A stretch of DNA of 64,000 nt from Octopus sinensis (taxonomy: Eukaryota): assembly GCF_006345805.1 (NCBI RefSeq), contig NC_042998.1, positions 183,148,001 through 183,212,000 on the forward strand. The letters are read 5' to 3'. Of this stretch, positions 63,411-64,000 are shown piece by piece. Numbering within the stretch: the first letter of the stretch is position 1; each line of letters starts with the position of its first letter. Below the pieces are notes generated by a model. The model was not told where the DNA came from and made no database searches. It saw only the letters and a program-made list of their open reading frames with translations. A program made the translations under genes and the position numbers.

Positions 63411-63902
63411 TGATATATATATATATATAAAATTTGATATATATATATATAAAAATTTTTTATATATATATATATATATAAAATGTTGATCTCTATATCC
63501 AACTAATTCAGAAATGGCATTCTCAAGTAATCGATGTATGTGTGATCTTTCGTTATTATTCCCTCTGTACCTGCGTGAATTATTTTTGAGTATACAGTGT
63601 CTGGGACTTTTCTTATAGTAGAGGAAATAGCTAAAAAATTTTGGCTGCTATTTCTAAATGTTCGGTGTGTGGTAAAGTAAATTATTTTACTGAACCTAAT
63701 TATATAACATAATGTTTTAAATATACCGTAAATGGTCTTTTTACATACTGAACACTACTTGGTAAAATTATTAATTAATAATTAATTAATTTTACCCTTA
63801 TATATATTCCTCCTCCTTTCTTTCCTTTCCTGAGCATCCAATAACACTATACTTGTTCCACATCCTCACGTGTTTTCTCTTTGTGTTTTCATGTTTGGAT
63901 TA

Positions 63903-63957
<55 letters not shown>

Positions 63958-64000
63958 AGGTACAGATATGGTTGTGTGATTAAGAAGCTTGCTTTGCAAC

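Overview
AT-rich, microsatellite-dense animal genomic DNA. The SINE, RTE-tail and Helitron families point to an Octopus-like cephalopod (inference from recalled repeat families). The only confidently identified protein-coding gene is ARL13B (+ strand): five coding exons at 55689-63347, running off the right edge, preceded by probable non-coding 5' exons and a promoter-like region at about 51.8-52.7 kb. The remaining ~52 kb is mostly decayed mobile DNA: CR1-like, RTE and R4/Dong-like LINE pieces, Tc1/mariner elements, Helitrons, tRNA-derived SINEs, a gag/ORF1-only element and palindromic repeats. The most striking signal lies at 44.8-50.8 kb: four type I hammerhead ribozyme motifs of unrelated sequence (CUGAAGA...GAAA core). 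Three have a 3-bp stem I, a long stem II and a different but always palindromic stem III; the fourth is a compact variant. They sit in Penelope-like pseudo-LTR contexts with inverted duplications and a Penelope-like ORF 5' fragment nearby. A possible divergently transcribed minus-strand gene across 3-52 kb could not be assembled. All structures were read by eye; no folding or database searches were run.
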